Positions 12,863 to 26,129 of a stretch of DNA of 64,000 nucleotides are shown here, piece after piece; position 1 is the stretch's first letter, and the number at the start of each line of letters is the position of its first letter. Origin of the DNA: Octopus vulgaris (lineage: Eukaryota); NCBI GenBank assembly GCA_951406725.2, contig OX597826.1, positions 67,394,001-67,458,000 on the forward strand, given 5' to 3'. A program made the position numbers and the translations under genes. The notes beneath the pieces were generated by a model, which was not told where the DNA came from, searched no databases, and saw nothing but the letters and a program-made list of their open reading frames with translations.

Positions 12863-13009
12863 AAATGTCATGGTTGCGGTTGTCCCTGCAGTGATGGTTA
12901 TCGTGGGATTAATTGGAATCCCGCGTTCCAGGTAGGCGGTTTCGATCGGTTCCTCATCACCAACGAGTTTAGACAGGGCTGTGTGGCTATCCCTGACCTC
13001 TTCAGTCGT

Positions 13010-13430
13010 GCTGATAACTGGCCAGATTTCATATTACAGCATGGTGAGGTACCCTTCAGAAATCATGGTATTGTAAAGGATGAAATGACCCACAATCCTG
13101 TCCAAAGTCATTCCGCACCATACCGTTACCTTGGACTAATTCTGTATTTTTTTCAGGGGTAATACGACGATCTTCTCCTGCCGTTGTGACGGTTCACAAA
13201 CCCACCGATGTGGAATACCGCTTGATCACTCCAGTGGATATTTTTAAAGAAATCATTCTATGTTTGTAGGGCTTCTAAATTTCAAACAAGATAATCGATC
13301 TGAAGAAAACAACATCGAATCAATTCCCATACATTAAAGAACATACATAACAAATTTGAGAAAAAAATTATAGTTAATAAATAAATTATGAGTATTTCAA
13401 AATAGTGTGTTACATATCAATCACCCTGTA
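13010..13430 (-). mobile_element. Tc1/mariner-superfamily remnant with one TIR
   Basis: Terminus TA|CAGGGTGATTGA at 13430. Minus-strand translation SKVTVWCGMTLDRIVGHFIL...YLTML..IWP, typical of a Tc3-like catalytic domain. Confidence 0.7.
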
Positions 13431-13826
13431 TATTAATGTAAAATATATTTGTATACATATGAATATATATAAATAGATAAATATATGGAACTTAATGCAG
13501 GGGTAATTCAAATTCTTTTACTTCCGACACATGTTTCACCTGGTATCTATTAAAGTTTCTACCTTTAAAAATGAGTTACAACCTTTTTACTTGTGTGATT
13601 TTTTGCTACCCTGGTAACTATCTATCTATTTTTTCCGTGTTAATTGTTAACAAGGGAAAAATACACACATCAATCTATCTATCTATCTGTCTATCTATCT
13701 ATCTATTTTCCTTTTACGATCCCTTTTGATCGAAAACCAAACCCCCTTTTTTTACCCCCAAAAGAAAAGCTCTACCTTGTAATTTGTCCTGTCTGTGTGC
13801 AGCCCTGTGTGGCTAATAAAGAAACA

Positions 13827-13924
<98 letters not shown>

Positions 13925-14369
13925 GTGTAAATATAAGTGTATATATAAGTGCGTACATATAAGTGTATGTATATAGAGAGATAGCCTGTGCAGCCCTCTG
14001 CCCCTCCCTTCAGCTTTCACATTCCAGATGTTTAGATTTTGTCAAAAACAGGAAGGTGAAGAGTGCACCCGTGTCTACTTACAAGTACGTAGCTAAGCCA
14101 AGGTACTTGCTACCACGTCATACTCAATTCCCACTGACTGCCGTGATTGCTTTCCTGTACAACTATGGAATATATTCTATGTATCTGGTATTAACCTGGT
14201 ATCTATTAAATATGCTGAGAACGTGAGATATGAAATTGATATTTACTTAATAGGTTATGACCGTATGTATATTTCAGCTATCTACTAGATATCTGCATAT
14301 CAAGTTCTGGATCTGTGTAATAAAAACTTATATATGTATATATAATAAGATACGACGAATAATTGTCAG

Positions 14370-14455
14370 CTCCTTACAGCTGTTTCTTACGTGACTTTTT
14401 ACATGAAGAATGAGGACCTTATATCATCATAAAAGAAGTAATCATCAGATGGGAA
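14370..14455 (-). ncRNA. Hammerhead ribozyme-like motif (Penelope-type minimal), stem I decayed
   Basis: CUGAUGA-UUAC...GUAA-GAAA-CAGCUG-UA. Palindromic stem III ACAGCUGU, GUA triplet. Stem I (UUCCCAU/AGGAG) is imperfect. Confidence 0.55.
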
Positions 14456-14540
14456 GTAATTTTACAAAACAAAAGAATATCTAAGAATACTGCAGGGATG
14501 TGTCAGTCGAAGATAACTATGAAATGGAAGAATGACGAAA

Positions 14541-15231
14541 TATCAGGTCGTCCCATAAGTTCTGTCCGACCTTACCTGTTTTAAAATTGAATGAAATTTA
14601 ATAGTGTTTTACAATGTCTAATGGAGTCAAAAATTATTTTTATGCATTTGTGTACATTTAAACTAATTAAATATTATTTTACAGAATAATAGAATTAAAA
14701 TTTCTTTGATTAACACCCTTTCTAACATGGAAATATCCAAAGAGCATTTGAGGCAGATAATGCTTTATGAGTACAAAAAAGGAAACTCTGCTTCTGAAGC
14801 GACTCGAAACATACACTCAGTTTATGGAAAAGCATGCTTGAATGAAAGAACATGCAGAAGATGGTTTGCAAAATTCAGAAGTGGAGATTTCAGCAATGAA
14901 GATGAAGATTGAACAGAACGTCCAGTTGAGTTTGATGATAAGCTCCTTGAGGCATTACTTGAAGAAAATCCTGCATTATCAGTTGAAGAATTGGCAATAA
15001 AGCTTAGTTCAAATCATACAACTGTTCATCGTCATCTTCAACAACTTGGAAAGTTTCCTAAACTTGGAAAATGGGTACCTCATGAATTGTCCGAAAGCAA
15101 CTGCAAATCCCGAGTTGACATCTGCTCTTCTCTCCCTTTACGCGAACTCGTTTCACACTTTTTGGATAGACTTGTGACTGGTGAAGAAAAATGGATCTTC
15201 TATCGAAATGTTAAACGTCGTAAACAGTGGC
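14541..15231 (+). mobile_element. mariner element, 5' half (TIR plus transposase pseudogene), 3' truncated
   Basis: TIR-like TATCAGGTCGTCCCATAAGTTCTGTCCGA. ATG at 14727 gives MEISKEHLRQIML...RWFAKFRSGDFS, one in-frame TGA at 14910 (likely from CGA), then WVPHEL and LVTGEEKW in the same frame. Confidence 0.93.
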
Positions 15232-15340
15232 CTTTTACAAAACTTTTCAGGTATGGAGAAAACTGCCTCAACGAAAGCGCACTTAAGTAAAAGAAAAAAA
15301 ACTGCGTGTATGTGTACATATATATACATACATATATATG

Positions 15341-15373
<33 letters not shown>

Positions 15374-15674
15374 GTATATATATAAATGGAACAAAAACGC
15401 AGTAGAGGACAATAAAACATTCGGACAGATAGACAATAAAAAGGCGAACAAGAGAAACAACAATTAGACGAACAGGCAAAAAAGACAGGTCATTCGGGGG
15501 CCTTCTTTCCTCAGTCAAGTACCAGGAGTCACGACGGTTTCGGACAGTTATATATATATATATATTTATATATATGTATATATATATATATATATATATA
15601 AGTACGAACAGAGAAATTAGAACTCAGGAGGCCATTTTCTTTGGTACTGTAACGATATTTGGTGACTGTGTGCG

Positions 15675-15950
15675 CATGATGATGTTGTTGACGATGACGA
15701 TGATGATGATAATTATGATGCGAACTGCTATGATAGATATGAGGATGACGATGACGGTGTTGATGCAGCTGATGTTGATGGTGACGAAGGAAAAGAGAGG
15801 GAACAAAAAGAACAAACGGAAAAAGACAATAATTAGGACAAAAGAACAGCAGCGGCAAACAGAGCAGAAGCAACAACAACAATAGCAACAACAACAACAG
15901 CAACAACAATAGCAAAAATTGTAAGAAGCGTAACAATGATAACAACAAAA
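15675..15950. repeat. Degenerate (GAT)n and (CAA)n microsatellites
   Basis: Directly visible. Confidence 0.8.
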
Positions 15951-16359
15951 TGAAGGACAAGAAGAAACACATGGATTGTTGCTGACAAAGAACAATTAAT
16001 ATATAGATTTCTTTTACATCGGATAATTTGATATGCTCAACAGTGCATCCTCACTTAGGTCAGTTCACAACAACAAGGATATGTAAGAGAGACTCTCTCT
16101 CTCTTGCTCTCGCTCTCTCTCTCTTATATCGTAGAGCTATGACCGTACATTTGAACGGTTTCTGCGTATATGAGAATGTAGGAATGTATTAGAAAGCAGT
16201 AGTATAATATTTTATTTCATACCACTTTAATATTAGATGAGAGTGGAGAGAGGGGGTGGATGAGAGGGGAAGAGCAGAGGGAAGTAGGAGGAGGAGGAGG
16301 CAGAGGAGTATGTTCATGCTGGAGATGGGGGCGATTGAATGGAGTGGCGGGACGAATGT

Positions 16360-16486
16360 ACATATACATATATACATGTATATGTATTTACTTATATGTA
16401 TTTACTTATATGTATATATAATTGCATATACATCTATGAATATGTCTATATATGTGTATGTATATATGTATATATACATACATACG

Positions 16487-16578
<92 letters not shown>

Positions 16579-16609
16579 CGTATGTACACACATATTTTCA
16601 TACATGTGG

Positions 16610-16645
<36 letters not shown>

Positions 16646-16743
16646 TAATAGAACGAGTGTGAGAGAGGAAGTTATGAGTAAATTATATATATGTGCAAAT
16701 ATGTATTGATGTATATATGTGTGAGTGTGTACGTATGTGTTTG

Positions 16744-16792
<49 letters not shown>

Positions 16793-17372
16793 AGGTAGAT
16801 GTATGTATACATATATATGAAAGTGACTGTGTGTGTCAATTAAATATATATATATATCTGTATATATGGGTATATACATATATATAGAGAGAGGAGATAC
16901 AAAGAAGGAAAGAGAGAGAGATAGGGTGTGTGTGAGAGAGTGAGAGAGGGAAAGATAGAAAGAAGAGAAACGAGAGGATAAAGTAGAGAGAAAGAGAGAA
17001 ACAGAGTGAGCGGTTTCTGAATGAAGTGAGACACGTTATTTTAATTACGCCAGCAATTAATAACTGAAGATAATGAAATATCTTCACTTACGTACACACA
17101 AAAACACACACAGAGACAACAGACACATACAAACACACACCCACACATGCACATACACGTATATATACGAATTGTCGCACGGATGCACATATGCATGTGT
17201 TTAAGTGGTTGTGCGTGATGCATTTAATTGAAATTATATACATATATGTCTTTATCTATATCTATAAACATACATCTATATATATATATATATACATTTG
17301 TGCGTATACCACTATCAATATATATGTGTAAGAAGACATATTATATGTGTTCTTTTATATACATACTTTAAA

Positions 17373-17409
<37 letters not shown>

Positions 17410-17486
17410 TCTATATATACTTATATCAATATAAATACAAATACATAATAAAAAATTGTGTCAATATAAGATAAATATAAATATAA

Positions 17487-17550
<64 letters not shown>

Positions 17551-17583
17551 CATATATATATATGACATATATATGTATGTATG

Positions 17584-17625
<42 letters not shown>

Positions 17626-17718
17626 CGACATACATACATATATGCATATATACATATATATGTATATTTAGACATATATATACTTGTATATGCGTAAGTA
17701 GATGCATATATACATACA

Positions 17719-17758
<40 letters not shown>

Positions 17759-18170
17759 CATACACGTATATATATGTGTGTGTGTACGTTTGTGTACAGT
17801 TGTGTACGTATGTGTGTGTGTGTGTATAGTTACTAATATACAATTTCCAACACACTTTTAAAGACACACAGAACTACTGACGTAAATTATACGTAAGCAT
17901 GCACGCACACATTCACACACACACACATATATACACACATATATAAACACATATCTATATTACATAAACATATTATTTAGTACTCATATACGTACATACC
18001 ACGACACAAACAGACATTTCATTACCAAACTCATAATAACACACACACAGAAACACACAAACACACACATACATACACACGCATTAATAAACATCAAATC
18101 GTATCAACACATATCCAGTACGAACTCATATACATACATATATATATATATACGCAGAAACATAAGTACA
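16360..18170. repeat. (TA)n/(CA)n/(GA)n microsatellite field
   Basis: Directly visible. Confidence 0.85.
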
Positions 18171-18431
18171 CACAAGAAGAAACTGATGCAATTCTATTAG
18201 AAGACATCAATACACATTTGGCTCGGTGTAAGGAGGAAGCAGTGGTGATGGAGAGCTAAATTTGACCTCTAGAGGTCAAATCTCTACCAAAGGCAATGCC
18301 TGATTTGTTCCTCTCATTTCTTCTGAAACAAATATTTCGCTAGCGTAATGTCTGAATTGAGCTTCAGTGGCGACATGTCGGAGCATTTTCTATCTATGTG
18401 TCTGTGTGCATTTGTTCAACATTAGTTTATT

Positions 18432-18513
<82 letters not shown>

Positions 18514-19205
18514 CATATTAACACACATACGTACGTACGTACGTAGATATATACATCTCTGTGTATGTTGTGTATATAAATGTGTGAGTTTGTTTGCATA
18601 CGGCTGTGTGAGTGTGTAGATGTGTGTTGTTCAATTTCTCCATGTATATGCGTTTTACTATGAATCGTTCTATATTTGATCGCGTGGCTATGTGTGAAGG
18701 TTTGTTCGTATTTCTATGGTTACCCTATATAGTCATGTTTGTCTGGGCGCACACGCCTTCATGTAATGTATGCGCACACGTCTGAGTGTGTGTGTGTGTG
18801 TTTGTGTGTGTGCATATGATTCTGTGTATTTGGGTTCATCGTTGTATATGTATATATACGTAGATACATCAAAGCCAACAAAAAGTCACACGCACATACA
18901 TAAAACAAGCGTACATACATACATATAAAAAACCGCATATACATACATACATACTTAAATACAAAGATACATATGTACAAACGTACGTAGACATACACAT
19001 ATAGATGTGAATGTCTGTATTATGTTTATAGAGGTCTTTGTATGTTATTTCATAGTATACATGTATGTGCATGTCTAAATGTGAGCATACATGGGGTTTG
19101 TAGATAAATATGTGTGCGAGTATTATGTATTCAATTTAGAGGAGGATTTTGCACTGCATGTTTGAAACAAAGATAAATAGAGAAATCACCAGAAAGAAAG
19201 GAGGT

Positions 19206-19258
<53 letters not shown>

Positions 19259-19980
19259 GAGAGAGAGAGAGAGAGCGAGTGTTATAGAGAAACAGTGAAA
19301 GACAGAGATAGTTAAATGGCTAATGAGAAGAAGAATGTGATAGAGGAGGGGAAAACAGTGAGCTTGAAGTGACACGCAGACAATAAGAGAGAAAGACATA
19401 CGAAGATAGAAACGTATATTACAATGCGTGGAGATGAGAGAACTCTGAAGAGAGGGAAATGAAAGGTTATTGATAGCGATGGTGAAACGTAACAAATACG
19501 GTAAGAGTGAGAGGGAAGAAAAGAGAAAGGAAAGAGAGTAAGGAAACAAAAGAGAGGCGAGAGAAAGAGAGAAAGAACGAAGGAGAGGAATGATAGCAAC
19601 ATTATGCGTTGATGGTTATGCCATTATATTTTACTGATTAATCGATTAGTGTAAAAAGATAAAACGGCAGACAAATAGATATGATGTTAGATAAATAGAG
19701 AGAGCGACAGACGGGGAGACAAATCGATGGTTATTTAGACAGACTGACATACACAAACTACAGATTGGTATGTGTGTGCGTGTGTGTGTGAGAGAGTGCG
19801 TGTTTGTGTATGTGTGTGTGTGTGTGTGTATATATATATGTATATACACATAGATATATTCATACTTATATGTATGCCAGCATATATACATTTATAAACA
19901 GATAACCAAACGTCAAAGCCAGACCAAGTACAGATTGATATTATATAGAACATATAACAAATATAAACACACAAGGACTT

Positions 19981-20272
19981 ATAAACCTACATGCATATAC
20001 TTATACACACACACACATATATATATATATATACATACATACACAAATACACACACACACACATATATGATGATATATATTTATTTGCGTGTATGTATAT
20101 GTGTGTATACATAAACCTACATGCATATACTTATATACATAAACCTACATGCATATACTTATACACACACACACACATACATATATATATATACATACAC
20201 AAATACACTCACACACACACACACATATATTTGATGATATATATTTATTTGCGTGTATGTATATGTGTGTAT
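19981..20272. repeat. Tandem duplication of a ~130-bp microsatellite-rich unit
   Basis: ATAAACCTACATGCATATACTTATA...TGATGATATATATTTATTTGCGTGTATGTATATGTGTGTATA occurs twice, with a partial copy between. Confidence 0.8.
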
Positions 20273-20299
20273 AAATATATATTTGTGTGTGTATATTCT

Positions 20300-20636
20300 G
20301 AGACCAACTTCGGTCACGACACAGACCATGGGATTACTCCTAGGAAGTTACCCTCCCAGGCACAAGTCCGGGCAAGGTTGTTTATGGAAGACCAGCAGTC
20401 GCCCATGCATACCGTTCTTTCCACGCCACCAGTGTTATCCAAGGGGAAAGCAAGGGACCGATACAGCCTGGCACCTGTGACGTTGCAACCCATTTCTACA
20501 GCTGTGTTAACTATTGGAGCAACGTGAAATAAAGTGTCTTGCTCAAGAACACAACACGCAGCTCGATCCGGGATTCGAGCTCACAACCTTACGATCGTAA
20601 ACTCGACGCTCTAACCCCTGAGCCATGCACCTTCAC
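20300..20636 (-). mobile_element. tRNA-derived SINE family D
   Basis: Minus-strand head TGGCTCAGGGGTTAGAGC...GCTCGAATCCC, CORE-like GTGTTCTTGAGCAAGACACTT. Related copy at 49226-49497. Confidence 0.85.
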
Positions 20637-20673
20637 AGTGTGTGTATATATATTTATTTGTGTATATCTATAC

Positions 20674-20754
<81 letters not shown>

Positions 20755-20789
20755 GTATACATATATAATTATATATATTATATTTATAT

Positions 20790-21000
20790 AGTTGTTGAGA
20801 GTCAACAAATATTGAAAAAGGTGGCAAGACGCAACGAAAATAATATAAAAAATAAATAAGTAAATTAATGGAAATTTTACCGGTGAGTATGTTAAATTAT
20901 GAAGGACTAGAAGAAAATGACTCTCTTCAGACACAACAGTATATACTTCAACACACGAACTCACATAAAGAATCTTGCAAAACAAATCCAAAAGCAATAT
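20790..21000. mobile_element. Interspersed repeat family F in (TA)n
   Basis: Homologous to 59335-59606 (GGAAATTTTACCGGT...GAAAATGACTCTC...CAGACACAACAG...CAACACACGAACTCA). Confidence 0.75.
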
Positions 21001-21010
21001 ATATATGTAT

Positions 21011-21137
21011 ATTGGCGTTAGGAAGGGCATCCAGCCGTAGAAACACTGCCAAATCTGACTGGGCCTGATGAAGCCTTCCGGCTTCACAGACCCCAGTTAA
21101 ACCGTCCAACCCATGCTAGCATGGAAAACGGACGCTA

Positions 21138-21188
<51 letters not shown>

Positions 21189-21190
21189 AT
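21011..21190 (+). mobile_element. SINE 3' half with (GAT)n tail
   Basis: GGCGTTAGGAAGGGCATCCAGCCGTAGAAAC (recalled as a widely shared SINE central motif) ... CCAACCCATGCTAGCATGGAAAACGGACG plus (GAT)n. Confidence 0.75.
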
Positions 21191-21877
21191 TAATAACAAA
21201 TTCTTAACTATTTGTATGCATGTATGTATGTATGTAAGAGATTATGTGGTTGTGTGTATGCTTATGCAAGCGTATTGCAGTAGAGAGTTTGTCATTGTTG
21301 AATAAAATTTCAAAATTTTCAAAATTTCTGTCGTACATGGTTTGCACGGTTAGCGATTTTCCGTGTACAATCTGGTTTTCAGTAGGATGCTTTACCGTTT
21401 GTTATACGTCATATATTTGTATCTTTTGAATCTTGATATCGACAACTCCTTGTATCCGTTTCAACCTTCTGTGTTGGAAGTAATGTATAATTGACGGCAG
21501 TGTATATAGAATATAGAAGTAAAAGCTATGGGGATCTTATACATGTAAGCTTTAGAAAGAGGACAGCTTTGACACCGTACTTAGTTCAATAGGTGATACG
21601 GAGAAGACTATTTGCTACATTGGAGAATTTCAGGATTTCGTAGGTTTAGCAGGGATAATATAATAGTGGTCAGATGTGATAATAATATGGTCATCGTTAC
21701 GACACTTGAATATAAATTTTTAGTGATTTAGCTCCACGTTAAAAAATGTGTTGTATGTATGTATGTATGTATGTATGTATGTATGTATGTATGTATCTAT
21801 CTATCTTTCTATCTATCTATCTGCATGTATGTATATATTCATATAGGTGTGTATAATATATATGCATTTATTTTACT

Positions 21878-21914
<37 letters not shown>

Positions 21915-22228
21915 GTGTGTATATATATGCATATATCTATACATATATATATATATATATATACATACAACATTTACTTTGCATAAACCGTTTTCTGGTA
22001 TATAACTCAATGCCCAGACTAGAGTGAATAGTTATTATATTATATCAAAATAAATAAATAAATAAATACATAAAATAAATAAAAAGAGAACGGAATAATC
22101 TTTACAGAATATTGGCCAGAGTCGGTGTGTTAATGACAGACCCAAACAATGCAATTCAGGACACAATACTGTGTAAACACTCAAATGTGGATAAAATAAC
22201 CGTTAACTAAATACACTGATGCATTCAT

Positions 22229-22271
<43 letters not shown>

Positions 22272-22627
22272 AACACGTGCGCGCGTTTGTGCGTGCCAAT
22301 TTGATAGGGATATGTGGAATTTCAACCGTGTTTCGTGGTCTGTTACCACAACAGCTCCTTTATAGGATCCAGTTAACTCGAGACATAGTCAGGAGGAACC
22401 ACGTCCAGTTTCGGCCCTTCTCCTGGACGTGGTTCCTCCTGATGATGTCTTGAGATCGAGACGGAAGAAAAGTGGGGTACAAGAAGTATGATGACTTTAC
22501 AGAATGACACAAACCAACGGATACAGCAAACCAGGCAGTTATCGAAAGGGGTATCAGCAAAACGAAGTCTACTGGAATTTGGTATTCCGCATATCCAGGA
22601 GAATCGAAAGCTAAATGCAACTTTAAT

Positions 22628-23050
22628 CATATCAAATCAATCGAACGAAAATAGTTATCTTTCGTATATTGAAGTAGGGTGGTTTTCGATTGGCCAATCA
22701 AATCCTTAGTTATATTAACTACGAAATTAAATGCAACTTTAACCATAATAAAACAGACGAATTGATTTTATCGTATCACTACACACAGTTTCATTAATAG
22801 ACTTTATTGTGACCCATAAACATCGTACAAACAGTTATGTAATCAGTAAGGTTATGTAATACGTTACATAGAGGCCCCCGAATCCTCAGGTTAAACTATA
22901 GTTCAAGTGAAAAGCATATGGTATGCCATTTTGTTGATATTTCAAAAGCCATATCAAATCAATTGAACGAAAGTAGATATCTTTCGAATATTGAAGTAGG
23001 GCGGTTTTCGATTGGCCAATCAAATCCTTAGTTATATTAACTACGAAATT
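22628..23050. repeat. 101-bp direct repeat pair (22628-22728 and 22950-23050)
   Basis: 5 mismatches by manual alignment. Each copy contains the palindrome GATTGGCCAATC. Confidence 0.9.
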
Positions 23051-25712
23051 CAGAGAACTTATAGTAGAAAGTGGGTGTGCCAAGACTAGAAAATAATCGT
23101 TAGATGTTGTAAGGGAATCTAGATAACAGATAAGGACAAAGGGTAAAGCAAATGGCTGACTCTATCTCACAAAAGATCTTTTATCAAGTTAACCGACTTA
23201 TAGTGAGATGTTTCTGTTATGATTTTATTACCTACTAAAATTGGCATCAATCTTACTATTCCAGACACCAAAGTTTTGAAAAATGCCGCTGCGCTAATCA
23301 GTCAGCAGATAATAGAGACAATATGATCAATTGTATTGTGTAGAATATGGTGTATTGTCCAGCATGCATATACTGTCGAGATTAGCGTTTCAATTAAACA
23401 TGTAGGAAAAAAAATGTTAGTTTAAAATTTTAGATTAAAGTGACTAAATTTAAGCTAAACTTGAGATATATTGATCGAATATACTGAGAGTTAATATATA
23501 GAGAACTATAAGAGATAGAGGAAAATTATATAAGTGCACACGCTTACACACAATCACACACAGAATCATACACACACAAACACATGTTTATATATAACTT
23601 TGAGATTCATGGCTAAATAAATAATTAGTTAAATATTAATCAGATAATCAGTGAATTTCTTTTCATTTACCCTCTGGAATATTAAATATAGCAAAAAAAC
23701 GAAAACTTCTGATCAATGATGGTTGGGAATTAGACATTACAAAAGTGCAACTCATAGCACCGAGAAATTAGTTCTTTCCATAGAGCTGTAGGGAAAATTA
23801 AAACGCAATACCCATTAGTGGCTACGAGAAATGGAAAGAAAAGGAAAAGGTGCAGAGAATGAAAATAGATGAGGATGGCGGAGGTGGTCGTTAAAAATGA
23901 AAAGTTTCGGATATAAATGAAAATATCTTGATTGTGTGGTTATGAAGTTCATGATGACTTGCTATATCTAAAAAAAAACAGTGCAATTGTAATGTGCACC
24001 AGCTGAGTGTTAGTGCTACGTTGGCTTCCTCTAGTTATTGCGTCTTGGATGTTCTTCTGGTTGAAGTTTAGCTCTCCAAGAGAGTGCCTCGTCTGCTACA
24101 AAAACAACTTTAAAGAATTAGCAAATAATAGTACACGCTACCAAGCTTTACTCGTTCGTGAATGACGTCTGCTTTTCTTTTATAGAAAGACATAGATGCA
24201 TAAATATTTATTCGACGATTGATACAGTGTGCAATTAAAAGGACGTCTCAAACGTAAGACCAGAGTCCAGTTAACAAATGAAAATGTCACCAATGCCACG
24301 CGTTGATTATTTTGTATATCACTTTACGGGTGGGGTTTACCGACTTAATATATTGACACGATGTCTACAGTTGGTCAAGATACTTCCAGCATTTCAGGAT
24401 GGAGCTTTGTATGTTTGTTAGATATCAGTCCCACCCTCAGAGGGAGATTGTAAATTATGAAAAGCAGAAGAGAACATATATACATATAATCTTATTTCTC
24501 ATCACTGTTTAGCGCTGCGATTATTATATTTGTTCTGACCGGGAAATCTGTGAGTGCAAGTCATTGACTAATATCGATTGTTCCATCTTAAAAATACGGC
24601 TTTCTAAACTGCTCAGAGGTATCTCTCTTCGGTATCTCCTACTGAGGAAGGCTGAGTTGACAGAAACGCATCTAAGAATCTGATAGAGGGTGAGAAGCTG
24701 TAGTTACACCTTTCGCAAGAATTTTTTTACATACATACATACATAAATCCATCCATCTATCTATCCATCTATATATGTAAGTTACATATATACATACATA
24801 AATGTATGTATGTAAAATATATACGTATTTAAATACATACATATACATACATATATGTGGGTATGTAAATATATGTATATACATATACACACACACACAA
24901 ATCAATATAACCAGCTATGCACAATGTGATACCGTAACGGAAAAAAAATCGATGGTCACTGAACGCGACTAAGAGTACCTTAAACTAGACTTTTTCATGC
25001 GTGACGCAAATAATTTTCTATTTCCACAGACAATTGATTAGAAATCATACCATCATGCCATCTCAACTTCCGATATACTCCTTATTCTTTATCGTTACCA
25101 ATAAACTATATAAATACAGACATACATGGACAGAAGCGCACACACATAGACTACATGCATGCGCATATAATCATAGAAATTAGACCATTATAGAAAATGA
25201 ATTGTAAGCTAGGGTTTCATGACTAACTAAATATTTTCGTAATCTCCAGAGAAATTCCTACGACCAGCAACTCTGACATATTAAATAATGTATATGCGTA
25301 TCTGTTGAAATGTGAGCTGGGAGAAATTTTATATGTGTACAACGTAAGCCGTATGGAAATCAGGGTGTTCCATTGGAAGGGGAAATGAAAATATGAAAAA
25401 ATCTATAACTAGTTGGGGCTAAGAAGAAGAGAAAAAGAAGTGAGAATATATGTTAATATTCAAAGAAATATATAACAACGGTAAAATTTGGTTTCAACGA
25501 TATATCAAAGTCCTCATAGATATCATTAGGTATAGGAAACCGGATAAAGAGGGAGAGAGGAAGAAAAGGGGCAACTATATTGAGGAAGTTATTTTAGCTA
25601 TTAAAAAACAACCAAAAAATGGGTAATTTAGGTCTTCATATATTTCTGATTTTCATATATTTTCGTCGCAAAATTGCAGTCATTTATTAACATGTATGCA
25701 TGTATGTATGTA

Positions 25713-26016
25713 GTGGAGGCACTTGGCCTAGTGGTTAGAGTAGCGGAGTTGCGGTCGAGGGATTGCGGGTTCGAATCTCAGACCGGGCGATGAGTGTGTT
25801 TATGAGCAAAGCACCTAAGCTCCACGCGGCTCCGGCAGAAGGTATTGGCGAACTTCTGCTGACACTTTCGCCACAACTTTCTCTCCCTCTTTCCTCCTGC
25901 ATCTTGCAGCTCACCTGCGACGGACCGTCGTCCGATCTGGGTGGAGAACCTATACGCCAAAGAAACCGGGAAACCGGCATTTATGAGCCAGGCGTGGCTC
26001 AAGAAGGAACAAACAA
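25713..26016 (+). mobile_element. tRNA-derived SINE family C
   Basis: A box TGGCCTAGTGG, B box GGTTCGAATC, central CCTGCGACGGACCG (V-domain-like, from recall), tail GAAACCGGGAAACCGG. Confidence 0.88.
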
Positions 26017-26129
26017 TGTATATATGTATAAAAACATGTATGTATCTGTCTGTCAGCCTGTCTCCTTCCACCCTCTCTCTATATTTATGTATACACACAC
26101 ACATAAACAGCATTATCTTTTAACTAATT

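Noticed and set aside
15500-15550. GAAAC and CTGAGGA on the minus strand suggesting a hammerhead
   Set aside because: I could not form stems I-III consistently.
16136-16197. GAAAC-CGU...ACG-GUC stem III on the minus strand
   Set aside because: The CUGANGA core has three mismatches and there is no stem II; too decayed to claim.
21064-21086. CTGATGA followed by an AGCC/GGCT stem
   Set aside because: No GAAA follows; it is part of a SINE body.
25713-25790. tRNA gene-like sequences (also at 27150-27223, 20560-20636, 34270-34342, 52550-52620)
   Set aside because: A and B boxes are present, but there is no complete cloverleaf or acceptor stem, and most continue into a SINE body.
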